Notes under the pieces: model-generated
What the model was told of the DNA's origin: nothing
What the model saw: only the letters and a program-made list of their open reading frames with translations
Database searches by the model: none
Part shown: positions 1 to 7,221 of the stretch, one piece after another
Numbering within the stretch: position 1 is the first letter of the stretch
Layout of the letters: every line of letters starts with the position of its first letter
Position numbers and translations under genes: made by a program
Assembly: GCA_024875585.1 (NCBI GenBank)
Contig: GCA_024875585.1_4107.1
Length of the DNA stretch: 64,000 nucleotides
Reading direction: 5' to 3' (one strand)
Source of the DNA: a phage

Positions 1-49
1 CGCGATTGAGGATGTTTAAAGTATTTTTGCAAAAAGTAATAAAAAGTAC

Positions 50-77
50 TTGCACGATTAAGAGATTAGAGTATAAT
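50..77 (+). promoter_or_regulatory. sigma70-type promoter, class I (AAAAAGTACTTGCA...TATAAT)
   Basis: -35-like TTGCAC, ~16 nt spacer, -10 TATAAT; module recurs >10x in window. Confidence 0.6.
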
Positions 78-122
78 TAATTACATCAAGACAAGACACC
101 TTAACTAACTGAGGATATAAAG

Positions 123-275
123 ATGAATACTTATGAACTGGATTGTTTTACTTTACAAGTAATGTCAGTATGCAGTAAAAAAGATTGGTCATCAAAGGAA
201 TTTAAAGCAGTTATTGCGTGTGCAAAACACGGCAAGACTATCAATGAAACGGCATCAATCATTGATAAACTTTAA
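123..275 (+). CDS. hypothetical small protein (50 aa)
   Basis: ATG with GAGG SD downstream of class I promoter; below ORF-track size cutoff. Confidence 0.5.
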   Translation: MNTYELDCFTLQVMSVCSKKDWSSKEFKAVIACAKHGKTINETASIIDKL

Positions 276-283
276 AAAATAGT

Positions 284-312
284 TTGACAATAGTTTTAAG
301 TACTGCGATAAT
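284..312 (+). promoter_or_regulatory. sigma70-type promoter, class II (TTGACA-N17-GATAAT)
   Basis: TTGACA 284-289, GATAAT 307-312; AGTACTG immediately upstream of -10. Confidence 0.6.
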
Positions 313-345
313 ACATACATCAACTACTGAATAGGAATAAAAACA

Positions 346-573
346 ATGGCTATCGTAATCACTCGCGTAACTGGTACTACTGGCACTGCTTCAACTGTTG
401 CTGTAATTACTAATAAGAAAGGTGCAGAATTACATTTTGCAATGGATAAATGGGCCGTTAATGAGTTTGGTCAGTGGGCAAGTGTAGAATACATTGAAAC
501 CTATCAAGTGCCATCGATTAGCTTAACTGATTTAGGTGTAGAACGTATCCTTTGTCTGGATGAATTAAATTAA
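346..573 (+). CDS. hypothetical protein (75 aa)
   Basis: ORF with SD AGGAATAAAAACA-ATG after class II promoter. Confidence 0.7.
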   Translation: MAIVITRVTGTTGTASTVAVITNKKGAELHFAMDKWAVNEFGQWASVEYIETYQVPSISLTDLGVERILCLDELN

Positions 574-581
574 AAAAGTAC

Positions 582-609
582 TTGCAAAGTAAATCGAATA
601 AAGTATAAT
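582..609 (+). promoter_or_regulatory. sigma70-type promoter, class I
   Basis: TTGCAA / TATAAT, 16-nt spacer. Confidence 0.6.
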
Positions 610-621
610 ACATTACATCAA

Positions 622-642
622 GGGGAGAAAATGGTTCTCCCC
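622..642 (+). promoter_or_regulatory. 5' leader hairpin (GGGGAGAA-loop-TTCTCCCC)
   Basis: perfect 8-bp inverted repeat between promoter and SD; same structure in >10 leaders with compensatory changes. Confidence 0.6.
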
Positions 643-660
643 ACTAAGAGGAAACTAAAA

Positions 661-804
661 ATGAAAACTTGTCAATGTGGTAAAAAATCTATTACTGGTT
701 TGAAACGGGGCGTTTCACTTTGCCAGTACCATTATAATTTACAAGTATGGGGTAAAGAATGGGCCGACCAGGTTGAAGCATCAAAGAAAGCAAAAAGTAA
801 GTAA
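661..804 (+). CDS. hypothetical small Cys-containing protein (47 aa)
   Basis: ATG after SD AAGAGGAAA; MKTCQCGKK...; below track cutoff. Confidence 0.55.
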   Translation: MKTCQCGKKSITGLKRGVSLCQYHYNLQVWGKEWADQVEASKKAKSK

Positions 805-823
805 AATTATTATCACAGTACTA

Positions 824-852
824 TTGACATAGATTGATAGTACTGGCATAAT
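824..852 (+). promoter_or_regulatory. sigma70-type promoter, class III (TTGACA-N17-CATAAT inside CAGTACTA/TAGTACTG palindrome)
   Basis: TTGACA 824-829, CATAAT 847-852; flanked by inverted AGTACT hexamers. Confidence 0.6.
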
Positions 853-885
853 AGATTTTATCAAGACAACTAAGAGGAAATTAAA

Positions 886-1098
886 ATGGCTATCATTATT
901 AAAAACAAAGTTAATAAGACTATCGTTAAACTGGCAGAAGTGAAAGAAGGTTATAAAGTATCTTGGGAGGGTTTTTATCGGACGTTTACTGATATTGACG
1001 ATGCAATCAATTACTACACTGATACGGTTAAAAACTTTGTTCGTGCTGATGTGGTTATGGCAGTGGCAACATATAAAGCATCAAAAGAAAGTAAGTAA
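886..1098 (+). CDS. hypothetical protein (70 aa); paralog of 3841..4020
   Basis: ORF, SD AAGAGGAAA; N-terminus MAII shared with 3841 ORF. Confidence 0.7.
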   Translation: MAIIIKNKVNKTIVKLAEVKEGYKVSWEGFYRTFTDIDDAINYYTDTVKNFVRADVVMAVATYKASKESK

Positions 1099-1118
1099 AA
1101 AATATTATCACAGTACTA

Positions 1119-1147
1119 TTGACATAGATTGATAGTACTGGCATAAT
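1119..1147 (+). promoter_or_regulatory. sigma70-type promoter, class III (second copy)
   Basis: near-identical to 806-870 module. Confidence 0.6.
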
Positions 1148-1180
1148 AGATTTTATCAAGACAACTAAGAGGAAATTAAA

Positions 1181-1525
1181 ATGGCTAACATCAATACTAT
1201 AGCAGCACAAAATATCAACCTGTCTTCTGTTGAAGTTGTACACATTGCCGCCCGGCGTTGGTTCCAGGCGTCTTATGGTAATACGTATTTCTCTTTAACG
1301 GTAGATGTTGAAATCAATGGCGAATTTATTGAAGTAGTAAACGTGCCGTTCCAATATGGCTACGGGGATCATTTTGACACTGTAGCAATGGAAGAATTAA
1401 GCAAGGTTATTAATATGGAAGGTAAAGAGTTTTTACGCGGTTCTTATCTTTCCCGTTTTTGCCGTGATAATAATATTACTGTTTATAGTTCTGTTAGTGA
1501 TGTTAAACGCAAAAAAGATCTTTAA
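1181..1525 (+). CDS. hypothetical protein (114 aa); paralog of 7222..7545
   Basis: ORF+SD; shares YGYG core and C-terminal VKRKKD with 7222 ORF. Confidence 0.7.
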   Translation: MANINTIAAQNINLSSVEVVHIAARRWFQASYGNTYFSLTVDVEINGEFIEVVNVPFQYGYGDHFDTVAMEELSKVINMEGKEFLRGSYLSRFCRDNNITVYSSVSDVKRKKDL

Positions 1526-1539
1526 TTAGCTTTACTTTA

Positions 1540-1566
1540 TGCAGATACTTTGATACAGTGTCTGCA
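1540..1566 (+). repeat. inverted repeat TGCAGATACTT...CAGTGTCTGCA
   Basis: ~10-bp stem with one wobble; no T-tract, so regulatory/processing site rather than clear terminator. Confidence 0.35.
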
Positions 1567-1605
1567 TAGGGGAAAGAAATTAAATCAACTTAAGAGGATA
1601 GTAAA

Positions 1606-1875
1606 ATGAAAAATATCAGTACTTTAATCGATGCAGGTACACATGTTCGTCGGTCTATGGTTGCAACCAGTTCTACAAAACAAGTAGCGAGCGGTTATCT
1701 TGTATTTGTGCACGATGGTAAACTCCTGGAACGTTCAATCAATTTTGATGTTAAAAACAATTGCCGTTTTATTATCTTTAAGCGTGAGCAATATAAAATT
1801 GATTTACCAGCGAAGCCCATTAGTGGGGCGTACAACGTTCAATCATTGTTTGAGCGTCAACCATACACCTATTAA
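1606..1875 (+). CDS. hypothetical protein (89 aa)
   Basis: ORF with SD AAGAGGATAG. Confidence 0.65.
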   Translation: MKNISTLIDAGTHVRRSMVATSSTKQVASGYLVFVHDGKLLERSINFDVKNNCRFIIFKREQYKIDLPAKPISGAYNVQSLFERQPYTY

Positions 1876-1926
1876 TCAAAACAACGTTAGCGGTCGATTT
1901 AGGCCGCTTATACTGGGGATTATATA

Positions 1927-2199
1927 ATGAATACTAATCAAGTACTGAATGAGATTGAAAGCATCATTAAACCGATGAAGCGTACTGATGCTATGTTAAC
2001 ACCGGAAGAATGCCGCCTTTATGAGCGTTACAGCGTCGAACAAGTCCAGGCAATGGCTATGGCTACCCCAGCCGTTAAACAGCCTGAGAACGCGTTACAG
2101 GACGTTACAGGGGATTATATCATCAATCCAGTACTAGGGAAGATGGAAGCAATCACCGAAGAACAAAAAGACTACTTAAGCCAGTACTTAAAAGGTTAA
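1927..2199 (+). CDS. hypothetical protein (90 aa)
   Basis: ORF; weak SD. Confidence 0.55.
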   Translation: MNTNQVLNEIESIIKPMKRTDAMLTPEECRLYERYSVEQVQAMAMATPAVKQPENALQDVTGDYIINPVLGKMEAITEEQKDYLSQYLKG

Positions 2200-2204
2200 T
2201 TAAT

Positions 2205-2414
2205 ATGCTTACTGTACAGGATAAGATCGACATCTTAAAGGTTAATATGTATGTGATTGATGCAGATCCTGAAAAAGTATTTGCATACGATGATTCTAAT
2301 CGTAGTCCTTTTTATTGTAGTCATGTAGTTGGATATGTGCCGTTATCGTATGTTATCGAAAGAGTGGTTGATTCAGCATACAAACATTTTTTAGAAAATA
2401 GTACTTGCAATTAG
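2205..2414 (+). CDS. hypothetical protein (69 aa)
   Basis: ORF 5 nt after previous stop; SD AAAGG. Confidence 0.55.
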   Translation: MLTVQDKIDILKVNMYVIDADPEKVFAYDDSNRSPFYCSHVVGYVPLSYVIERVVDSAYKHFLENSTCN

Positions 2415-2432
2415 TTTTTAGTACTGTATAAT
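2405..2432 (+). promoter_or_regulatory. sigma70-type promoter, class I
   Basis: TTGCAA / TATAAT; followed by leader hairpin 2446-2464. Confidence 0.6.
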
Positions 2433-2482
2433 GTTTTACATGAAGGGGGGAAATGATTCTCCCCAATAACAGGAGAAACAAA

Positions 2483-2635
2483 ATGAAACAATACAACGCT
2501 CGGTTTGATGTTACTATCGGCAACGGCAAAGGTCAATTCTCTTTCAGTACTCGTAAGAGTTATACAGAAAACTTCTTGCGTAATTGTGCACTGACCGCCG
2601 CACAAATTAAACATTATTTTCAGGCTAAAAAATGA
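2483..2635 (+). CDS. hypothetical protein (50 aa)
   Basis: start moved from track 2453 (ATG inside leader hairpin) to ATG after SD AGGAGAAACA. Confidence 0.6.
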   Translation: MKQYNARFDVTIGNGKGQFSFSTRKSYTENFLRNCALTAAQIKHYFQAKK

Positions 2636-2721
2636 AATCATTAGCTTATTATAGCTCGGCCCTGGTCGGTGCATTGATCGCGGCATTGTTAGTAGCTTAT
2701 CTATTCTTTATGGTGATTTAA
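2632..2721 (+). CDS. small hydrophobic membrane peptide (29 aa)
   Basis: ATGA stop/start overlap; MKSLAYYSSALVGALIAALLVAYLFFMVI. Confidence 0.45.
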   Translation: MKSLAYYSSALVGALIAALLVAYLFFMVI

Positions 2722-2859
2722 ATGAATCCTAACGGTATAATTTACAGTACTCCTAAAACGAAAGCAGATAAAGCGGAAGCACGTAAAGCGAAAGTAAAGG
2801 AGTACATCAAGCAAGGTATGACACGAAAGGCGGCGATTCTAAAAGCTAAAAATAAATGA
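2722..2859 (+). CDS. small basic protein (45 aa)
   Basis: ATG one nt after previous stop; Lys/Ala-rich. Confidence 0.45.
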   Translation: MNPNGIIYSTPKTKADKAEARKAKVKEYIKQGMTRKAAILKAKNK

Positions 2860-2955
2860 AAAAAAGTGGTTGACTTCGGTCAGCCATTTTGCTATTATAT
2901 ATTCATTGAGAGATAGCTCACTAGCCCACAGGGTGCGGGAGTGTATCTATTATAT
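2860..2955 (+). repeat. repeated intergenic element copy 1 (terminator hairpin + embedded TTGACT-N17-TATTAT + conserved tail)
   Basis: ~95-bp sequence repeated at 6270, 9275, 11565; hairpin GGTTGAC-TTCG-GTCAGCC then T-run. Confidence 0.65.
2867..2890 (+). terminator. rho-independent terminator
   Basis: stem GGTTGAC/GTCAGCC, TTCG loop, ATTTTG tail. Confidence 0.6.
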
Positions 2956-3002
2956 AAGTATTGAGTACTGAAAACTATTTTAAAAGTACATGTAGAAAGT
3001 AC

Positions 3003-3030
3003 TTGTAAACTATGTTTAAAGGCGTATAAT
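3003..3030 (+). promoter_or_regulatory. sigma70-type promoter, class I
   Basis: TTGTAA / TATAAT; leader hairpin GGGAAACGGTTTCCC follows. Confidence 0.55.
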
Positions 3031-3082
3031 GTTTTACATCGAGAGCGGGAAACGGTTTCCCCTAGTAATAAGGAATAAAATC

Positions 3083-3424
3083 ATGACTATTGCAATTGTA
3101 CAATCTAACTTTGAAAACGAAATCATCGCCCAAGCACTGCGTTTAAATGATGGTCGGGCCGAAATTAATTACGGTTTCAATTCAGGCGGTTGTGAAAAAT
3201 ATCAGTACTTTATAACTGCTGATGGCGGTGTCCTGGGTATTAATACAGTTATTGTAAACATTCAGAAAATTAATTTCAATGATCCAGACGATAGCCAGTT
3301 TTACATTGTAGGCGTAGACGTGAACTATGAGGATGACTCACTAACTGATGATTACACTGGCGAGAAGTTAGAAAGTGCATACGGTGAAGATGATTATCAG
3401 TCAGTACCGGAAGATTTTGAATAA
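3083..3424 (+). CDS. hypothetical acidic protein (113 aa)
   Basis: start moved from track 3029 to ATG after SD AAGGAATAAAATC. Confidence 0.65.
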   Translation: MTIAIVQSNFENEIIAQALRLNDGRAEINYGFNSGGCEKYQYFITADGGVLGINTVIVNIQKINFNDPDDSQFYIVGVDVNYEDDSLTDDYTGEKLESAYGEDDYQSVPEDFE

Positions 3425-3438
3425 TATTAAAAAATAGT

Positions 3439-3466
3439 TTGACAATAGATTATAGTACTGTATAAT
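3439..3466 (+). promoter_or_regulatory. sigma70-type promoter (TTGACA-N16-TATAAT)
   Basis: TTGACA 3439-3444, TATAAT 3461-3466. Confidence 0.6.
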
Positions 3467-3485
3467 AGTTTACATCAAGGGCGAC

Positions 3486-3528
3486 GGGAAGTTTTAAAAA
3501 CTTCCCTATAGGGAGAATAGTTCTCCCC
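3486..3528 (+). promoter_or_regulatory. tandem 5' leader hairpins (GGGAAGTTT-TAAAA-AACTTCCC and GGGAGAA-TAG-TTCTCCC)
   Basis: two perfect inverted repeats in leader; same pair at 5580-5623 and 9763-9804. Confidence 0.6.
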
Positions 3529-3548
3529 ACTAACAGAGAGAAAACAAA

Positions 3549-3761
3549 ATGGCTAATATCTGCACTGTACTGAAAAATGCAAAACAAGTTTTATTTTCTG
3601 ATCACGATCATTTAAACAAGGATATTACTGGCGTTCGGAATATCAAAGATGTAAAACGTGTTATGGGTATCTATTGCAATATGAAACGTGTCGGCACGTT
3701 CGGTAATAAATTTCTATACCAGGCGGGGGATTACAATTTTACACTGACTATCATTAACTAA
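3549..3761 (+). CDS. hypothetical protein (70 aa)
   Basis: ORF+SD after structured leader. Confidence 0.7.
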   Translation: MANICTVLKNAKQVLFSDHDHLNKDITGVRNIKDVKRVMGIYCNMKRVGTFGNKFLYQAGDYNFTLTIIN

Positions 3762-3780
3762 AAATATTATCACAGTACTA

Positions 3781-3809
3781 TTGACATAGATTGATAGTAC
3801 TGGCATAAT
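3781..3809 (+). promoter_or_regulatory. sigma70-type promoter, class III (third copy)
   Basis: TTGACA 3781-3786, CATAAT 3804-3809. Confidence 0.6.
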
Positions 3810-3840
3810 AGATTTTATTAAAACAACTGAGGAAATTAAA

Positions 3841-4020
3841 ATGGCTATCATCGCAAAAACTGAAATCATCGGCCTGGATTCTATCATCATGACGTTTGAA
3901 GATCAAAAAGGTATGTATGTAGTTTCCTATGGTGATTATGTTCGGGAGTATGAAACGGTAGACGAAGCCTTTGAAAGTTACATTCGCCAGGTGAATAAAG
4001 CATACGACGATTACCGCTAA
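3841..4020 (+). CDS. hypothetical protein (59 aa); paralog of 886..1098
   Basis: ATG after SD GAGGAAATTAAA; below track cutoff. Confidence 0.6.
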   Translation: MAIIAKTEIIGLDSIIMTFEDQKGMYVVSYGDYVREYETVDEAFESYIRQVNKAYDDYR

Positions 4021-4047
4021 AATATATTACCAGTACTATCAAAGCTA

Positions 4048-4075
4048 TTGACAACGTTTGATAGTACTGTATAAT
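4048..4075 (+). promoter_or_regulatory. sigma70-type promoter (TTGACA-N16-TATAAT)
   Basis: TTGACA 4048-4053, TATAAT 4070-4075. Confidence 0.55.
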
Positions 4076-4121
4076 AAGTTTTATCAACTGTAGTTAACTT
4101 AACAAAAGAGAGAGAAACAAA

Positions 4122-4265
4122 ATGATCGCACTGGATTCATTCATCGATGCAGTTCTGGCAAAAACTGGCGAGGATCTGACCGCAGAACAATACGCAATGA
4201 TCGAGCAATGCCAGCAAGACGGTAAATCGGTGAAAGATACTGTTAAGATTATCCGCAAGATGTAA
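4122..4265 (+). CDS. hypothetical small acidic protein (47 aa)
   Basis: ATG after SD AAGAGAGAGA; below cutoff; hairpin follows. Confidence 0.55.
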   Translation: MIALDSFIDAVLAKTGEDLTAEQYAMIEQCQQDGKSVKDTVKIIRKM

Positions 4266-4371
4266 GATTATAAGCCCATTAGTTAACGCTGGTGGGCTTT
4301 AATCATTTACCCTATACAATGCCAGTACTAAACCGTTTATCTCGTTAGAATGCATTACAGGACGTTTGACA

Positions 4372-4569
4372 ATGATTAGCATGAAATCAGTACAAAAACA
4401 AATAGAAACATTATCAAAAATTAAACGTAAACAGTACTCATTAGAATATAATATCAATGGTAACTATCATCTAATGAAAGAGAATAATTTTATCGTCATT
4501 GATGAATCATTGCAAATTATTAGTATAGTACTGAAAGCATTAATTAATGATAGAAAAAGGTTAAAATAA
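4372..4569 (+). CDS. hypothetical protein (65 aa)
   Basis: track ORF starts at TTG 4366; first ATG used; start uncertain. Confidence 0.4.
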   Translation: MISMKSVQKQIETLSKIKRKQYSLEYNINGNYHLMKENNFIVIDESLQIISIVLKALINDRKRLK

Positions 4570-4826
4570 TGGCAGTAGGATTCGCGAAAGATGGAGCCGA
4601 GCAAGATGAGATTAACGCAGTTATTCAAGCCGCCGTTAACCACGCTAGAAAGCAAATTAACGCACAAATAGAATCACTGATACATTGCCTCGACTGCGGC
4701 GATAAAATCCCTGAGAATCGCCGACAGGCTGTTAAGGGATGTAAGTACTGCATAACCTGCCAGGAAGATCATGATAGTACTTTTAAAAGAGATCCGCGTA
4801 ATTGTTGGCATAGATCTATGAGATAA
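4569..4826 (+). CDS. DksA/TraR-family C4 zinc-finger protein
   Basis: CLDCGDKIPENRRQAV-x5-CITCQ, the CxxC-x17-CxxC spacing of TraR/DksA proteins. Confidence 0.65.
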   Translation: MAVGFAKDGAEQDEINAVIQAAVNHARKQINAQIESLIHCLDCGDKIPENRRQAVKGCKYCITCQEDHDSTFKRDPRNCWHRSMR

Positions 4827-4833
4827 AAAGTAA

Positions 4834-4861
4834 TTGACAGTACTGAAAGATAGTGTATAAT
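4834..4861 (+). promoter_or_regulatory. sigma70-type promoter
   Basis: TTGACA 4834-4839, TATAAT 4856-4861. Confidence 0.55.
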
Positions 4862-4890
4862 GTTTTATATCTTAACTGAGGATAGAAATC

Positions 4891-5247
4891 ATGGGAATAC
4901 AACATATCACGCGGACCACTGACAATGGCGAGATCACTGGTTATCAAGTACAGGGCAAAGTAGCACAATTGCAGTACTGGTTTGTTAAACGTGGAATCAT
5001 TGCACCGGATCTTGATTATGACCGTGTAGCGTTTATTGATTCTCTTTATGTTGATCCTGATAGTCGGGGCAATGGTGAAGGTAACGAATTAATGAATGCC
5101 TTTATTGATGCTGCCGATGATTCAGATTGTATCATTTTAGAATGCGATACGGGAGAAGATAACGCCTTCAATCTTAAAGAATGGTACGAAGGTTTCGGAT
5201 TCGAAGTACTGATCGATAGTGAATATCCTATCATGATTTTATCATAG
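4891..5247 (+). CDS. GNAT-family N-acetyltransferase (putative)
   Basis: FIDSLYVDPDSRGNGEGNELMNAFID resembles GNAT motif A (acetyl-CoA binding loop). Confidence 0.5.
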   Translation: MGIQHITRTTDNGEITGYQVQGKVAQLQYWFVKRGIIAPDLDYDRVAFIDSLYVDPDSRGNGEGNELMNAFIDAADDSDCIILECDTGEDNAFNLKEWYEGFGFEVLIDSEYPIMILS

Positions 5248-5261
5248 TACTAAAAAAGTAA

Positions 5262-5289
5262 TTGACAGTACTATCAGATAGTGTATAAT
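5262..5289 (+). promoter_or_regulatory. sigma70-type promoter
   Basis: TTGACA / TATAAT; leader hairpin GGGGAAACATCTTCCCC 5302-5318. Confidence 0.55.
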
Positions 5290-5330
5290 GTTTTACATAG
5301 AGGGGAAACATCTTCCCCTACTAAGAGGAA

Positions 5331-5525
5331 ATGAAAATGGAAAAATTATCAAGTATTTTAGTACAAGATGATTTTGGTAATCCTGGAAGTGCTATCATTG
5401 TTCGGGGTAATAAAGCAACGTTTGTTATTGCTGGTGGACCTGTACAGCGTAGCATTAAAAACAATGCTGTTACTATTAATAATGTACGCTATCGCTTAGA
5501 TAAAGAATTGATTCATAAACTTTAA
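5331..5525 (+). CDS. hypothetical protein (64 aa)
   Basis: ORF+SD TAAGAGG. Confidence 0.65.
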   Translation: MKMEKLSSILVQDDFGNPGSAIIVRGNKATFVIAGGPVQRSIKNNAVTINNVRYRLDKELIHKL

Positions 5526-5532
5526 AAAGTAC

Positions 5533-5560
5533 TTGCAATTAGTTTTTAGTACTGTATAAT
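5533..5560 (+). promoter_or_regulatory. sigma70-type promoter, class I
   Basis: TTGCAA / TATAAT; two leader hairpins 5580-5623. Confidence 0.6.
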
Positions 5561-5640
5561 AGTTTACATGAAAGGCAACGGGAAGTTTAAAAACTTCCCT
5601 AAAGGGGGAAATGATTCTCCCCACTAAGAGGAAAGAAAAA

Positions 5641-5853
5641 ATGCAAGGTCAACTAATCGTTCGTAAATGGTCTGATACTAATGAAAAACCGTGGGATGTA
5701 CAATACATCGGACCGGATGGGGTATCACGTTATCAGCCAGGCGTAACGCATAGTACTGAGCAATATGCCGCCGCTCATCGTGAACGCCTGTTAGAATCTA
5801 TGCAACAGGGTTTAGGTGAAAAATTCATTCAAGATCATTGGCTGAAAGATTAA
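5641..5853 (+). CDS. hypothetical protein (70 aa)
   Basis: start moved from 5611 (inside hairpin) to ATG after SD AAGAGGAAAG. Confidence 0.65.
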   Translation: MQGQLIVRKWSDTNEKPWDVQYIGPDGVSRYQPGVTHSTEQYAAAHRERLLESMQQGLGEKFIQDHWLKD

Positions 5854-5860
5854 AAAGTAC

Positions 5861-5888
5861 TTGTGTAGTATAGAAAATAAAGTATAAT
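5861..5888 (+). promoter_or_regulatory. sigma70-type promoter, class I
   Basis: TTGTGT / TATAAT; leader hairpin 5902-5918. Confidence 0.55.
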
Positions 5889-5939
5889 GTTTAATACAGG
5901 AAGGGGAATAGTTCCCCTCCTAACAAAAAGGAAAGTAAC

Positions 5940-6113
5940 ATGATTCATGTAGAATTGTCAGTACTGAGAGATTTGTTTTATCGGATGGGTACTACTGGCG
6001 AATATCCGAAGGGTGATACTGCAAAACTTTTTGTATCTCTCGACTTATGGCAACGCGAACAATTAGTAATGTCGTGGCGTAAAGGTAAAGCAGATCGCGA
6101 GGTGAAAGCATGA
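5940..6113 (+). CDS. hypothetical protein (57 aa)
   Basis: ATG after SD AAAAGGAAAG; below cutoff. Confidence 0.5.
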   Translation: MIHVELSVLRDLFYRMGTTGEYPKGDTAKLFVSLDLWQREQLVMSWRKGKADREVKA

Positions 6114-6259
6114 AAGAATTTTTATTCGAAGTAGTTTTTATTGGTGTAAGTAGTCACCAATTGATTCGCTCAAGTGGTTATAATGTTTGCCAGGCATGGA
6201 ATAACATTAAACAAATGTACCCGAACGCTATCACATATCGCAACCCAAAACAAGTTTAA
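6110..6259 (+). CDS. hypothetical protein (49 aa)
   Basis: ATGA overlap with previous ORF; below cutoff. Confidence 0.4.
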   Translation: MKEFLFEVVFIGVSSHQLIRSSGYNVCQAWNNIKQMYPNAITYRNPKQV

Positions 6260-6269
6260 AAATAATTAA

Positions 6270-6362
6270 AAAAAGGATTGACTTCGGTCAGTCCTTTTTG
6301 CTATTATATATTCATTGAGAGATAGCTCACTGACCCATAGGGTGCGGAAGTGTATCTATTAT
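6270..6362 (+). repeat. repeated intergenic element copy 2
   Basis: hairpin GGATTGAC-TTCG-GTCAGTCC carries a compensatory pair change relative to copy 1. Confidence 0.65.
6274..6299 (+). terminator. rho-independent terminator
   Basis: stem + TTTTTG. Confidence 0.6.
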
Positions 6363-6412
6363 ATGCTGGTGGGTGTATTATCTAGTACTGAAAACTATTT
6401 GATAAAAAGTAC

Positions 6413-6440
6413 TTGCATTGTACTTAGAATCAAGTATAAT
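6413..6440 (+). promoter_or_regulatory. sigma70-type promoter, class I, with no ORF downstream
   Basis: TTGCAT / TATAAT; followed by ~80 nt without ORF before the next promoter. Confidence 0.5.
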
Positions 6441-6446
6441 GTTTTA

Positions 6447-6525
6447 CATCAGGACGGGGAACGAAATAAGTAAATCCCTGTTAAGTAGCCCAGGAGTAAG
6501 GCATACGAAAAACTCCCCTGATAAA
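6447..6525 (+). ncRNA. candidate small RNA or leader-only transcript
   Basis: promoter-driven ORF-free segment with GGGGA...TCCCC pairing potential. Confidence 0.25.
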
Positions 6526-6530
6526 ATAGT

Positions 6531-6559
6531 TTGACAATAATTTTAAGTACTGATAAAAT
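6531..6559 (+). promoter_or_regulatory. sigma70-type promoter, class II (second copy)
   Basis: TTGACA 6531-6536, A/T-rich -10. Confidence 0.5.
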
Positions 6560-6591
6560 AATCACATCAACTACTGATAAGGAAACATAAA

Positions 6592-6867
6592 ATGCGGGTT
6601 CTTCTGACAGCTAACGAAATCGAGCAAGTACTTACTACTAACCTGGAACAATGGAAACGTGAAGCAGATATCCAGGCGGTTCAATTGTTAAATGAGAAGT
6701 TAACGCCGGATGATTTAAGTAAGATTGTAGATCCTCAATTCTACGAAGATATTCACGACACCGCGTTAAGCGTCGAGGATGTACTAGATAAGCACTACAT
6801 TGATACTAATTTACAGGGTTACGGTCGTAAAAATTTTATTACTATTCACGACATTTACAATAATTAA
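6592..6867 (+). CDS. hypothetical protein (91 aa)
   Basis: ORF+SD TAAGGAAACA. Confidence 0.7.
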   Translation: MRVLLTANEIEQVLTTNLEQWKREADIQAVQLLNEKLTPDDLSKIVDPQFYEDIHDTALSVEDVLDKHYIDTNLQGYGRKNFITIHDIYNN

Positions 6868-6870
6868 GTA

Positions 6871-6898
6871 TTGACAAAGTATCTTAGTACTGTATAAT
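6871..6898 (+). promoter_or_regulatory. sigma70-type promoter, class IV (GTATTGACAAAGTATCTTAGTACTGTATAAT)
   Basis: TTGACA / TATAAT; leader hairpin 6913-6931. Confidence 0.6.
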
Positions 6899-6952
6899 AG
6901 TTTACATCAAGTGAGGGGAATGGTTCCCCTCCTAACAAAGAGAGAAATAAAA

Positions 6953-7135
6953 ATGGCTAAGTGCACTATCTGTAAGAAAGAAATCGTATTAGTTCCAAGT
7001 GCCCGTGAGCGTGCCGCTCGGTTCGGTGGCAAAGCGTCAGACTATACAAAAATGTTTACTACTCATGCAAATTGCCAGGTAGCAAAACGTTCACAAGAAA
7101 GCGTAGAATTAATGCGTAAACTTTCCAAAAAATAA
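6953..7135 (+). CDS. small Cys-containing protein (60 aa), possible zinc-binding
   Basis: start moved from 6911; MAKCTICKK...HANCQ. Confidence 0.6.
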   Translation: MAKCTICKKEIVLVPSARERAARFGGKASDYTKMFTTHANCQVAKRSQESVELMRKLSKK

Positions 7136-7138
7136 GTA

Positions 7139-7166
7139 TTGACAAAGTATCTTAGTACTGTATAAT
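7139..7166 (+). promoter_or_regulatory. sigma70-type promoter, class IV (second copy)
   Basis: near-identical to 6868-6900; leader hairpin 7181-7200. Confidence 0.6.
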
Positions 7167-7221
7167 AGTTTACATCAAGTGAGGGGAAACGGTTCCCCTC
7201 CTAACAAAGAGAGAAATAAAA

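Noticed and set aside
1700-1927. Alternative-frame + strand ORFs overlapping annotated genes (1700-1927, 28175-28378, 29183-29428, 29671-29874, 33055-33252, 35660-35890, 42506-42694, 47314-47529, 58109-58378, 61590-61841)
   Set aside because: Fully nested in longer ORFs that carry family motifs or RBS; no independent support.
3500-3520. CTATAGGGAGA in the leaders at 3505 and 9782, identical to the 3' end of the T7 class III promoter consensus
   Set aside because: Only the last 11 nt match; the upstream T7 recognition region is absent and the sequence is simply the junction of two leader hairpins, so a T7-like RNAP promoter is not supported.
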